Below, one piece after another: positions 13,101 through 25,391 of a stretch of 64,000 bases of DNA. The notes below the pieces were generated by a model, which was not told where the DNA came from, did not search any database, and saw nothing but the letters and a program-made list of their open reading frames with translations. A program made the position numbers and the translations under genes. How positions within the stretch are numbered: position 1 is the stretch's first letter; every line of letters starts with the position of its first letter. The stretch is from Camelus dromedarius. Its lineage: Eukaryota. The stretch is from assembly GCF_036321535.1 (NCBI RefSeq), contig NC_087437.1, forward strand, positions 48,982,001 to 49,046,000, written 5' to 3'.

Positions 13101-14089
13101 GTGATCACTGTGGTGACCTTCTAATGATATTGTTTGGTTGTTGGTGAATTTTGTCTCCATTGCCAAGTTAGGGCTAGAGATTAATTCTGTTTGGTGAAAT
13201 AATTCTTAGCTTATGTTCTGACACCAACATATGCCCCATTGTAAGAGTGGCTCAGTAATCCACAGTACTTAGCATCCTTGCTGCCCTTTCCCACTTACTC
13301 CCGGAGTTGAGATCACTTATCAGTGCTTCAAGTGGTTTGGGAAGGAAACTTGTAGTAGATTCCTAATGCATTTCAGTTCCTGAAAATTTCTTGTTTACCA
13401 ATAGACTATTTTATTAGTCCTGGGTGGATATTTTGGAGGGATTATGGAAGACCATCTCTCAGGTAGGGCAGAATATGTTTGACCCCACGCTGATAGGCAC
13501 TAAAAGAGTATCAGGATATTAAACACACCAGATTAGCAGAAGGAGGAAAAGCACAGTAGGGGCAGGATGGAGAGGTTACACTCTGTCACACTAATGAATC
13601 TCTTCAGTGAAGAATTCAGTAAACATAAAGGACATAAAATAGAAGATGGTTTCAAGTGTATATTAGATGTTATCACAACAAAATAGATGAAAGCATAAGC
13701 CAAAAAGGACTGTGAGAAGAAAAGACCTAAAATATAGGGGCATTTGATAGCAGAACCTAAATGATCCTAGAATTATGACAATGATAAATCTTGGAGTGCT
13801 TTTTAAAATTTTCTCCCTCTGGGGTTTTAGGGCAGTGAGAGGGCAAGGTGTTTTGAATGATTCTTGTTTGTTCTTAGGCCTCTGAAGTACTTCCAGCCCT
13901 AGAGAACCAAAGGGACAGGGAAAGGTGCAGAAGAGAGTTTATAGGCAACTGTATGCTTCAGGTTTGTTGATGGCAACGATGACCTGCTTTCTTTCCTTGT
14001 CGGCCTAGATCACTAATATGGAAAAGGAGGCAGGAATCTCTTGATCAGAAAGTCCAGAAATGAAGGTAAACAAATGAGAGGAACTTCTG

Positions 14090-14820
14090 TAGCATAATAG
14101 AGGGCCATTAAAGGTTTTTTGATCAGGAAATGCCATGATTATAGATGCGCTTTAGAAAATGTGATTGGCACACAGGTGTGGGATAGATCAAAGTGATGAG
14201 AGATACAATGTATAGGAGACCAGTTTAATGGTTATTACATATTCCAGTGATTAGGTGATGACATTCTGAATGAGGTTGGTGAGAACAGAAATAGAAAAGT
14301 GGGGGCAGATTCAACAGATGATGTTATGGTAGACCTTAAAGGACTTGAAAAATGTTGGGGTGGAATGTGTGAAAGAGGAGTACAAAAGAATCACAACAGT
14401 AACAATAATATACTTTTCTATACCTCAAGAACTGTTATGGGTTCATTAAATGTTTTAATCCATTTAATCTTCTCAACAACCTTATAATATAGGTACTATT
14501 ATTAGCTCTGTTGTACATATGATCAAAAGAGGTTATGTAATTTATTCTAGGTGATAAAACAAATATGTGTCAGTATTCAAAAACTACATCTTAGCTTCAT
14601 CTCTCAGACAGTGAATCTTGGTAAATTCCCCATCCATTTATTTGGGCAAGCCAGAATATTTGAAGTAATTCTAGGCTTCTCTGTTACCCACATCTACTAT
14701 ATTATTTAAGTCCAGTTGATTCTTTTTGTTAAATGTCTCTCACATCCATTCCTGCTTCTCCATCCCCACTGCCCTCTCTCTTAAATAAATGCTGGTTAAA
14801 TGAACAAATGAATAAAGAAA
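14090..14820. mobile_element. L2 fragments flanking a MIR (MIR ~14400-14580)
   Basis: agggccattaaaggttttttgatcagg (L2); catttaatcttctcaacaaccttat (MIR); L2 3' tail tgaacaaatgaataaa. Confidence 0.6.
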
Positions 14821-15149
14821 TGAAAATCTCCAAGGGTTTGAGTTTGGGTAGATGGGGAGAAAGAAGAACGTGACTATGTGTTATGTGTTCTTATATGTTG
14901 GGAAGATAAGCTGGTGTGAGAAGGAAACTTTGCTTTGGTAGAGGTGATAAATTGAGGAACAATAGCAAGACCTCACCAGAAATAATTTAGCTTTAAAAAT
15001 GTATTTTCCATTTTTAGTCTCCACTTAAGAACAGAACTGTTTTAGAAGCTAGGATGTAATTTGATCCTAAGAGACTCTATGACAGTATGAAAATTATACC
15101 AGAATTCACTGTGCTCTGTTTGACTCCTCATCAAAGATAGAGGCATTCT

Positions 15150-15480
15150 TACAGAATAGTTTGATTTCAAAAATGCTTATGTTCCTTTGAAAAAGTTATA
15201 ACATACCCCAAAAAGTATAGGCAAGAGAATAAAAGTCCCACTCAGTCCCCTACTAGAGATAACCACTGTGAAGAAACATTTTGCTGCACTTGCTTCTTAA
15301 ACTATGTTTTGTCTTACCTGGTTGAGATCATATTATATTCAATTTTACAGCTTCTTTTTGTTCACTTAAAATTTTATAATAAGCATTTTCTCATATCATT
15401 AAATGTATCTATAAACATTTTAATGGCTGTATGTTGTTCCATCTTATAGGTACACCATAACAAATCATTTCCCATGTAAA
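15150..15480 (-). mobile_element. L1ME-type 3' end remnant
   Basis: ccctactagagataaccactgt...tttaatggctgtatgttgttccat. Confidence 0.55.
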
Positions 15481-15741
15481 TTATACAACTTCATTAAAAA
15501 ATGCAGACAAAAAATCTAGGAGAGATTGAGAGAAAATTATACACGGAGTTTATGTGCACAAATACAACGCTGTCTCAATTTCAAGGCAGATGGGACTCAA
15601 AGTCATGCCGTGTGAGTGTGACATAAGCGGTACACATCTGAATGCAACAGTGAAAGAGGTAAATGTTAGTGAGTGCAGAGGGTGTCCAGAGATGCCATGA
15701 GCAAGTTTGAGGCCTGGCCACTCCAGGCGGCTTTAGGAGAG

Positions 15742-16105
15742 GGCCATAGACTGAATGTGTCCCTCCCAAAATTCTTATGTTGAAACTTAATCCTAATGTG
15801 AAGGTATTTGGAAGTGGGGCCTTTGGGAGGTGATTAGGTCATGAAGGTGGAGCTGTCATAAGTGGGATTAGAGCCCGTGCAGAAGAGACCCAAGAGACCC
15901 CGGAGCCCTTCCGTATGTGAGGGTACAGCCAAGAAAAGATGGCTGCTTATGAACCAAGACGTGGGCTCTCATCAGACGCCAAATCTGCGGGTGCTTCATC
16001 TTGAACTTTACACAGGCTCCAGCACTGTGAGAAATAAGTTTCTGTTGTTTGTGAAGTCACCCAGTCTACGATATTTTGTTACAAAAGCCTGAACAGATCA
16101 AGACA
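15742..16105 (+). mobile_element. MLT1A-like solo LTR
   Basis: gactgaatgtgtccctcccaaaattcttatgttgaaac...gtgagaaataagtttctgttg...agaca. Confidence 0.88.
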
Positions 16106-18419
16106 GGGAGTCTGATTGGTGGGAGTAAGGTTGTTTATCTATTAAGTAATTCATTAAAGAGCTTTTTCTTGATCAGGTATGTGGCGTCCCCCATGCAATT
16201 CCTTTAGGCAATGTGGACACAGAGGACTGCAGTCTGGCATCAGGAAAGGTCTGGATTTATACACGCGGTAGTTAATTGTGATTATTTCTTTCCTTGCAAA
16301 ATATTGGGGAAACCCTTTTTCCCTGTTTGCATCTCAGTTCACTCACACACCCTGAGGGTCAATAATATGCCAAAGACTGTGTAAATTAAATGAAACATAA
16401 GATACTGTTCCAGCCTTTCAGAGGCTGAAGATTTGGGGGAAATGATGAGTAAGGAGACAAATTGCAATGAAATGTTGTGATATATGGAGACAGATATGAA
16501 GAAAAAAATATAGAGTAACTCTGCTTGGGAAAGTTACTTTTGAGCTGGATCTTATAGGTGGAGAGGGCATCTGGAAGATGAAGAAAGGATGGGGTTGTGC
16601 AGGTTATTCTCCATCTGCCCCCTAAATCCGATCTTTACCTATCTCTGTCCTGTTATGTGCTGTCCCTTAGGTCTGCATCACCCAGGATCCCTTCTGGCTT
16701 CCATTTGGATTCAGCCAATTGGAGATATTAGCAGAGGTCAGAGGGTAGGAGAGAGAGGTTCGGGTATTTCTTCTCCCGCTTTCTCCTAGCTCTGCCACAT
16801 CATTCTGCCCGTGGCTGGTCTCTCTACCTCTACATCTGAAATGATAAATTAGAGGCTGACATGACCATCAATGTGTTTTGGAAGATGGCAGGTGGCAGTG
16901 CTAAGCGCAGAGTGCAGTGGGAAGAAACAGGATCAGGAAGGCAACTATTATAGTAGTTCCTGCAGGAGATTAGGAAGGTCTGTGTTAAGGCAGTGGATGT
17001 GGGCTAGAGACAAGAGGGCACATTTCAGAGACATCTCTGAGGCTGGTACTATGAGATTTAGTGATCGGTTAGTACAAGGAGTGAGAGAGGCAGTAAATGT
17101 GACAAGTTTTTTCATTTGGTGATACCAAGGGAGTTGATGACAGGAATAGGGGAAGATGGGGCTGTGGGGGAGAAGGGCAGAAGATGAGTTTGGATTGCAG
17201 TTTTTTTTTTATCAGATTTAGGTCTTTGTTGCCAGAAAGACATTGGGTTATGCTTATGTACCTCCTTGCATTTATCAAGGCATTTTAAATTATTGTGAGT
17301 ATTTAAAAGCCTTTTATGTGTAGCACACTTACCTACCATGCAGGGGTTATGAATTGTGAGTTGTTAGCCATAAAGAGTGCATCTGCAACTCACAAATTAT
17401 TGATAAAAAATGAAGGAAAACTTGCAGCCAGTGCTTTAAATTATTAAATCATAAGTGAAAATGCTTTTGGTGAATATGGAAGGGTGGAGGAGAGTTGAGG
17501 TACTTAAGAATGAGTGCAGAAATAAGGAGGTTCTGTTGCCTATACAAGTTTTCCTTTTTAAATTTGGTATTATTCCTGGCAAAATTTATTTTTTAAAGGG
17601 TAACTTTATAAACCATTATTGAAGTCAATTTCCAAGGCTAAAGTGTGAGGGACAATTTTGCTGTCATTTGTCACCCAAGAGCCTGCACTTCCAGTGCTGT
17701 GATTATTTCAAGGTGAAAGGTGAGACGAAATGCTCCTTACGGTTTATTCAGCTGGGATGTCAGTAATGGTAATCTCAGTCGCTATGGTATTTGAGCCTGT
17801 TGGCTCTGAAAGGATTTCCTCTTTTCCACAAAGAGAGAGCAGAATGGCAGTGTCAAAGATAAAAAGAAATGAGATTTAGAAAAAGTGGATTTCTGTGTCC
17901 ACAAAATAGCTTTCTATTCAGGGAAGCTTTAATAGGAATTAGTAGTATTGTTTCACATAAAGGGCTAGATTAATGCAGTGCGATGAAAAGTAGATGTATT
18001 TATAGTTTAAAAGTGTATACTCTGTGACATCATTTGGTGAATTAAAAAATCAGTGATGTATATAAGGCTGTTTCTTATGTTATTATTAAAACACTTCTAC
18101 TTTACATTTATAAACATATACATAGATTTAGTTTAAATATTATATCTAGAAAGACCCATTTGTGTATCCGAGTTGGTGGAAGACAGCAGGCCAACCCGGG
18201 AACGGGAAAACTAGAGATACTTTCCTTTCTGTAACCTCAGTCAAGGGCCAAATCTCCTTGTTGTTTTGTTCGACCACAATTTCTGCAGATGACGGTATTA
18301 GACAAGCTTTTGGGGGATCATTTCATATGTGCTGGAAAAGTTACGATGAACAAGAAGATATAATACTAGCTCTACAGGAGTTTATAGAGTTAGAGAAAAC
18401 TCAATGGCCTTAGAAATAA

Positions 18420-18600
18420 ATAGATCTTATTTATATTTTAATTGCTAAAGATCTGGGAGATGGGAGTTTAGAGTTCCTATCCAGCCCGTTCATTTTACAG
18501 ATGAGGAAACTGAGGCCTGGAAATGTTAAGTAAGCTGCCCAAGGTCTCAGAGCTAGTCTGTGGCAAAGCTAAGCTAATTTACTTTGAGCCCCGTTCGTTT
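18420..18600 (-). mobile_element. MIR (MIR3/MIRc-like)
   Basis: cattttacagatgaggaaactgaggcc...gcccaaggtctcagagctag. Confidence 0.8.
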
Positions 18601-18937
18601 TCTGGAGTACCGCAGAGCTAAGACTCTGAGGGGAAAGTGGAAGAGTAAGAGAAATGGGGAGAGGACGCGTGCCAGTAAGGCGCTCTTTGGCATCAGAGCT
18701 TGTGGGCTTTTTACAGTGATGCGCCTGTTTACTGTTTGCTCAGTGCAGAGTTCACTATCTATTTCAATGTGGAGGTTCAAGCCAGAAAATCAGCTGAGTG
18801 ACATGAAAAGAGGAGAGGAGTGATGTGTGTGTCAGAAGTCTGGGTTTCCTTTGTCCTTCACTGGCTCTGGTATTTGGAGCAGTCACAGCTTCTCTGGGCT
18901 TCAGGCTCCTCAGCTAATACTTGCTTTTTGATATTAT

Positions 18938-19400
18938 TGTGATGGACATTTCCTGGCCTCCCAATATCCACTTTTCTTTTCTTTTTCTTTCTTTCTTTTT
19001 TTTTTTTTTTTGAGACTGCAGCTTAATATCCTTTTGGGGATTTATTCTTCCCCCTTAATGAGACTATCATTCAAAGTGTCCTGACTTTCTTTCTTCAAAG
19101 GGTGGACATGTCACTCAAGGTAGCCCATCATAGTCTTTCTCTGGGACTGTATTTCCTGAGAGGATTTACGGAAAGGTGGAAAAACACGTCTTATTTCTGG
19201 CTTATGTTGGTGGTGAGTCCCTGAAGAGACATCTATCAGTTCCTGCTACTTGGGTCCCTGGAATTGCCCTTGTTCTTGCTTCTTCTCAGATGAACAGATG
19301 TTTCTTCAGTCTTCCCTTCAAATCATCGAATTACTCATATCTATTTCAGTTTTCTGCTTAAGTTAGCTAGATTTAGTTTCTATTGCTTACAACCTTGATT
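18938..19400 (+). mobile_element. ERVL LTR (LTR16/LTR33-like)
   Basis: Begins tgtgatgg and ends with gcttaagttagctagatttagtttctattgcttacaacc, typical of this LTR group. Confidence 0.55.
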
Positions 19401-20087
19401 GATATACCGATAGGCTTATCATGAGGCTAAAATAAAAAATAAGCCTCTAATCAGATGAGTGTTATCATTACTTATGCATATTACTTCTTTCATTCTTAAG
19501 GGTTTTCTAAATTACATATCTGTTTCATGTCACATGTCTTGCCAACTGAGTATAGTACATGCCTTTGGAGTCTGGGAATTTTTGGACAGAAAGTTAAGTA
19601 CCCTCTATCTTAATATTTAAGATTCAAGAGGAGATAGAGTCATAATTCTCTACGGAATGAGGAGACATGAGAGAGAAAATGTGCACGTCGTCTCCCAGAC
19701 TGCCAAGAATAAGCTGGCAAACCTTCGAGTGGTGAAGGCTGGACACATGCCTGTAAGTAGAGTTCCTGTTTCTCATTTCAGATGACATCAAGCCAGGCAC
19801 CTGGAGCCCAGACTGTTTACTCAGAGCTTCAGGAAATGCTGTGGTCCTCAATTATTTCATGGTTCTGCTGTTCATGTCCACAGAAGACCATCTCTTATAT
19901 TCTTCCTCATTCCCATGTCATTACTCCTCTGAGAGAAGGAAACATTAAACAGAAATACTATATCAGCCTGGAGGCTGCCCAAAGTGACGCTCCTAAAATG
20001 ATACTGTGACCATTTTGAGGCTGGAGAATGCTGTGAGAATACCTTAATAATTTTCAAGGAGGCTCTTTTATATAAATACACATAAGG

Positions 20088-20256
20088 CAGTGGTTCTCAA
20101 ACTTTAACATGCACAAGAATGCCCTAGGGGCTCACTAAAATGCAGATTTGGGGGACCCATCTCTAGAATTTCTGATTCAGTTGTTCTTGGGAAGGTCCAA
20201 GAATCTGCATTTCTAACAATGCTGCTAACCTCAGAATCATGCTTTGAGAACTGTTG
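20088..20256. mobile_element. MER5A-like hAT-Charlie MITE
   Basis: cagtggttctcaaact...ttctgattcagt...gaatctgcatttctaacaa...tttgagaactgttg. Confidence 0.85.
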
Positions 20257-23200
20257 ATCTAGGAATAATAATTTAATCAATAAATTAATATGCTTTCACT
20301 TATTTTGGGGTGTACAGGACCTTGAGATGAGGGCAGGATTAAATTAAGGTTGTAACTGCAGGGGTGTAAAGAGAAAGAAAAGATTAATAATCAGCTATTA
20401 CCAAAACAGAATTTTCAAGCATGCAAGGTGTGATAAACTTGAAAGTGAGAGTAGGTTGATAAAGAAAAGGATTTTGTAAACTCCTTTATTTCTTCCTTTG
20501 ATATGTAAAGGGGCAAGCTAGTAAATCAGATCATGGGGTTTTTGTTTTTGATTTGTTTTGCTTTTTTGATTACAGAGTTAAATATGGAAGGTCTTGCCAA
20601 AAACAAAAGCCAAAAAAGGGGAAAAGTTGGTCTTTTTCACCCTTCTAGACTAAGGGTAGGAAAACAGATAATGAGATGTGTGTCTCTCTAGGCTGAAGTC
20701 TTCGGTGGGGGATGGTCATAGATATAGGGGCTCCTGCCCTAGTTCTCATTGCAGTCTGGAAGCAGGTCACCCCAGCAGCCTGCACAGCCATATCCCAGTC
20801 ACTTTGGCTCAGCATGGTTGGATGGAGAGAGGATCTGAATTTATTTAGGCGTTCTGAGTCTCCCTTAGATCCCATGTAGTGTGGAAAGAATCCAGAAGTT
20901 CACCTGTACCCTTGGAGGGATGGGGAAGGTAGCTGAATGTGGGTCTTTCCTTGTGATGGGGACCAAGTTCACAGTCAGGGGCTTAGTGTGGACACCTGAA
21001 CCAGAGGAGAAATGAGAGTTCCAGTCTACCTTAGGGAAGACCATGGCCCTTGTGAGAGCCAGGGTGGGGTCTAGTTCAGCAAAGAGGTGACCAGTGCTCA
21101 CTGAGAGCACTGACCCAGCCAGGAGAATACTTATAGCCTTCAACAGCAATAGATGCCCACAGAATGATCAGGCATGGGACCAGTCATACCTCACTGGTCA
21201 GCAGTCCATGGAATAGCCAGAACAGCCACTCTGCTGTAGAAATTAACATGAGCCCTGAGAACAGCTTGTGGATGAAAGAATCTCATTTCCCCTCCAACGA
21301 CCCCAGGCCATTTCTCTCACACAGCTACATACTTTGTTAAAGAGTAGTGGGTGGGCTCAGAACTTGGAAACACTACAATTTACTTAAGTCTTTTAAGCAG
21401 TGACTGAGTTAAATTACTGGTTTTAACTGAGGTTACCAGCTAAGACTAGTATTTCCTCAACCCTGCCTCCCCCACGTGGAACTACACAATTACAGAGAAA
21501 TAAAGATGCTTTCTTGGTACAACTGAAGGTGGAATTGTTAGCCTGTATACTGGTAAAATCTAAGGGTATCAGGCATTGTTGCATATAGGGATTCAAAGAA
21601 GGTCTTCAAGGCTCTCTTTTTTTCTTTCAGGTCTGCTTTATTTTGTGTTGAATTCACTTTTAGGCAGGATTTAACAAGTGGTGGCAAAGAAGGTCACCAG
21701 CAGTTCATTATGTTTAGTGATATCCTATCACCCTTGATCAATTCTCCCAGAAAGACTCTGGCTCTGCTCGGTGACATGTTATCCCACTTGGTGGGAGGGA
21801 TGGGCTATGTAATTGACATCCTCACCTGGTGAGGGAGGAGCCTTTTCTGAAAGAAAAATAATACTGAACTAACACTAATGTAGGAGATGTTGTCTAGAAC
21901 ATAATTGTGGCTATAGGCCCCACTGTGATCATTATTCTACCTGATATCTGGGAGGAAATAGCTTATGACAAACTATGAAGCGCCCCAGTGTTATTTGCAT
22001 ACGTGCTTCTGGAATCTGGAATCTGTGAGAGGCTTATTAAAGGAGTTTGGGAACTGGTATCCTCCACATTTGTGATGTTACAACTGTTAGTGCAAAGGAA
22101 GATTCTTGTGTTAGGAAAATACTTGAGACAAGATGCCATCAGCTCATCTTGAATGTTTGCTAGGTATTTCACCCTCTCCATTTGGTTAATTAATTTATCC
22201 TTTATGATTTACCTCAGGTAGTATTTCCTCCAGGAAGCCCCCTCAGTGCTGCAGCAAGTGCCTTTCTGTGGCTCCCTTAGTATTCCTTTGAATATGATCA
22301 CATGATTTATTGTCTAGACTGGTTCACATTTGAGATTGAAATTATTAATACTAATTTTTAAAATAAGGCAAAAATACAGGTATAAACTGGAATTGTCTCA
22401 GGCAGTGAGGAGTGTGGGCCTCCTATCTACAGATGTTGTTCTGCTATGGTAATTACTTACTTGTTTGTCTTCCCAACTCGCTGGTGAGCCATTGGATACT
22501 GGAGATTATTTCTTATTCCAAATGCTCAACACAGTGCTTGATAAATGCTTTTTAATGTTGAACAAAGAAGCTCCCCCTAGTTCTTGATGGCTGGCAGATT
22601 TACTTAGTCTCCCCAGATCTATAGGGGTTAATACATGCTTCAGGTATGTTTGATCATTTCCCTTCCCCTCTTTATTCTTGAATGTTGGCACAGATTCATG
22701 TATTTTAAAGGTCTTCCTTCCATATCGCTCCAATGCGGATGAGGCTAATTACATGATTCTACTCTGAAAAATCTGAACCACCAACAAAAGGGAATCAGGC
22801 TGCTTCAACTAGTGTTTAGATCTAGTAACTAACCCCTTCCTTTAGCTTTATTTGAAAATTCCTATTTCAGATATATCACACTATAAACTCACAGCCTAAA
22901 CATAGTAATAGCTTAATTTATTTTGCTTTTCTATGGTAGGTTTGTATATACATTCATTTCAAAATATAATCTTCTAAACTCGCAGATATTCATAATCATT
23001 TAGAAATGATAAAAAAAAAGTTGTCAAATACTTGTAATTATAGAAATTGTCACTCAAATTACAGGAAGCTTAGAAAAGCTTTATTGCTGTTTAGTGTTGT
23101 TTGAATGCTCCTGAGTATGCTATTGAGAGCTTTGATAAATCAAGAGGGCTAAAGGATGGAAATGGCCATAGTGTTTAAATTATGTTATACTTAAATCCAT

Positions 23201-23729
23201 TTAATTGACTATTTTCACAAACATGGTGTTCTTTTGTAAGAAACATTTAAAAAATCATTTTCTTCTGTGTTTTCCTTTACAGAACCCCCCCCCCCAAATT
23301 ATCCCTGCATGCTTTTGTATTTCTCATTCTTTGGTTTTCTTCCAATGCATGTATATAATTATATGTTCATGTTGTCATGGTGATTCAGGGGTAGAATTGT
23401 GAGGCGGTTGTAATCACTTGCCTCAGCCAGAAACCCTCTGTCCAGCCCAGCTAAATCAGCAATGTAATGATAGATGGTCAACATATTTTTTGCTGTGAAT
23501 TCATCTGTTGTTGGGATATTCTTAAAAATATTTCTGTAACTACCAGAATTTATTCTGTGTATAGCACTAATTTGTATTACAGAATTTTAAAATGTAGTTC
23601 TTCAGCCTTTTACATTTAAATTTCATTGTGATGATTTTTTTCAAAGTCATATTGAGTCAGATGACACGTTGCTTCCTAGCTAATTTTTTTCTTCCTCCTA
23701 AGCATATAGTTTCTTCCAAAAAAGAATAT

Positions 23730-24110
23730 ATATTTTTTCAATTTGTAAAAGTAAAACATGGGCATTTAAAATATTAGAAAATACATAAATCCATAAAATA
23801 AAAGCTTTCTTTATGTCAGCCCCTCTTCAGACTTAATAATATCCCCAGATATCTTTCTAACTTTTCTATTTTTACCACAAAATGGACCACACTTTACACA
23901 GTTGGTCACCTGACTTTTTTCACTCAATATTGATGTACTTTATCCTTTTTAACACCTGCCTAGTATTCTATGGTAGAGATGCAGTATAATATCTTTGGTA
24001 AGTCTCTTAGTGCCTGACCTTTATATTGTTTCTTACCTTTCCAATTACAAATTGTAATACCATAAATTAACATTTGGATACATATGTCTTTTTGGACTTC
24101 CATGTGTGTT
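23730..24110 (-). mobile_element. L1ME-type 3' end remnant
   Basis: ctttttttcactcaata...cctttttaacacctgcctagtattctatgg. Confidence 0.5.
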
Positions 24111-24177
24111 TTTGGGGGAAACAGTCATAGTTATCTTTACCTCCAAGCTTAATCATACCAGTCCATCTGAATGTGCC

Positions 24178-24617
24178 TCTAGTGGGTTGAAGAGTTATGT
24201 CTATCTAGAACCTCAGAATGTGACCTTATTTGGAATAGGGATCTTTGCAGAAGTAATTCAGCTAAGGATCTCAAGATGAGATCATCCTGTATATAGGGTG
24301 GACCAATGACTGGTGTCCTTATGAGAGAAAGGAGAGGGAGATTTGACACACAGACACAGAGGATAGCAGGCCATGTGAAGACAGAGGCAGAAATTGGAGT
24401 GACATGTCTACATTATAAGAACACTAAGTATTGCTGGCAGTCACCAGAAGCTAGGAGAGAAGCAGGGGACAGATTTTTCACTCAGAGCCTCCAGAGGGAA
24501 CCATCCTTGCTAACACTGAACACCTGGCCTCCAGGACTGTGAGAGAATAAATCTTTGTTGTTTTAAGCTACCAAATTTTGTGGTAATTTGTTACAGCAGC
24601 CTTAGGAAAGTCATACA
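24178..24617 (+). mobile_element. MLT1B/C-like solo LTR
   Basis: gaacctcagaatgtgaccttatttgg...gagagaataaatctttgttg...taca. 5-bp TSD gtgcc/atgcc. Confidence 0.9.
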
Positions 24618-24989
24618 ATGCCTCCAATCAGTTCTTAAAGTTCTTCAGAGATTCCCCTGTAATCCTCACCAAGTCCAAAAGCCAGCATGCTCTCCCTCCC
24701 CCTGCAGCCTCTTGGTTGCCCTTTCTGCATCTGGCCCCTGTGATCCAGCCTCCCTGAGCTATTAGCGGACACTTGCCCATGTAAAGACCATTTGCATTTT
24801 TTCAGTGTCTTCTCTCTTGCAGATCAGCTCCTTGCCTCCCACTCTTGAAGTAATCTTCATATCAACTGAACTCTGTGTATTTTTTGAAGCACTTATGCCT
24901 TTCTACTACCTGTAAAGCATCCTCACTAGATTATGAGCTCTTCCAGGACTCAGACTGTATTTTATCTTTTTCTGTAACCCCACAGAGTC

Positions 24990-25077
24990 TGTTGTGGACT
25001 CAATGTTTGTGTCCTCCCCAGGTTTATATGTTAAAGCCCTAATTCCTAATGTGATGATATATGGAGGTGAGGCTTTT
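24990..25077 (+). mobile_element. MLT1A-like LTR, left part (split by L1)
   Basis: tgttgtggactcaatgtttgtgtcctcccca...ggaggtgaggctttt; the sequence continues at 32591. Confidence 0.85.
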
Positions 25078-25391
25078 TTTTTTTTAACATTTTTTTGTGA
25101 TTTATACTCATTTTACAATGTTGTGTCAAATTCCAGTGTAGAGCACAATTTTTCAGTTATACATGAGCATATATATATATTCATTGTCACATTGTTTTCT
25201 CTGTGAGCTACCATGAGATCTTGTGTATATGTCCCTGTGCTATACAGTATACTCTTACTTATCTATTCTACAATTTTGAAATCCCGTCTATCCCTTCCCA
25301 CCCTCTGCCCCCTTGGCAACCACAAGTTTGTATTCTATGCCTATGAGTCTATTTCTGTTTTGTATTTATGCTTTGTTTGTTTGTTTGTTTT

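Noticed and set aside
17735..17860. Possible minus-strand exon (ttcag...cc|gtaagg)
   Set aside because: Stops in all three frames and only a modest acceptor; no further support.
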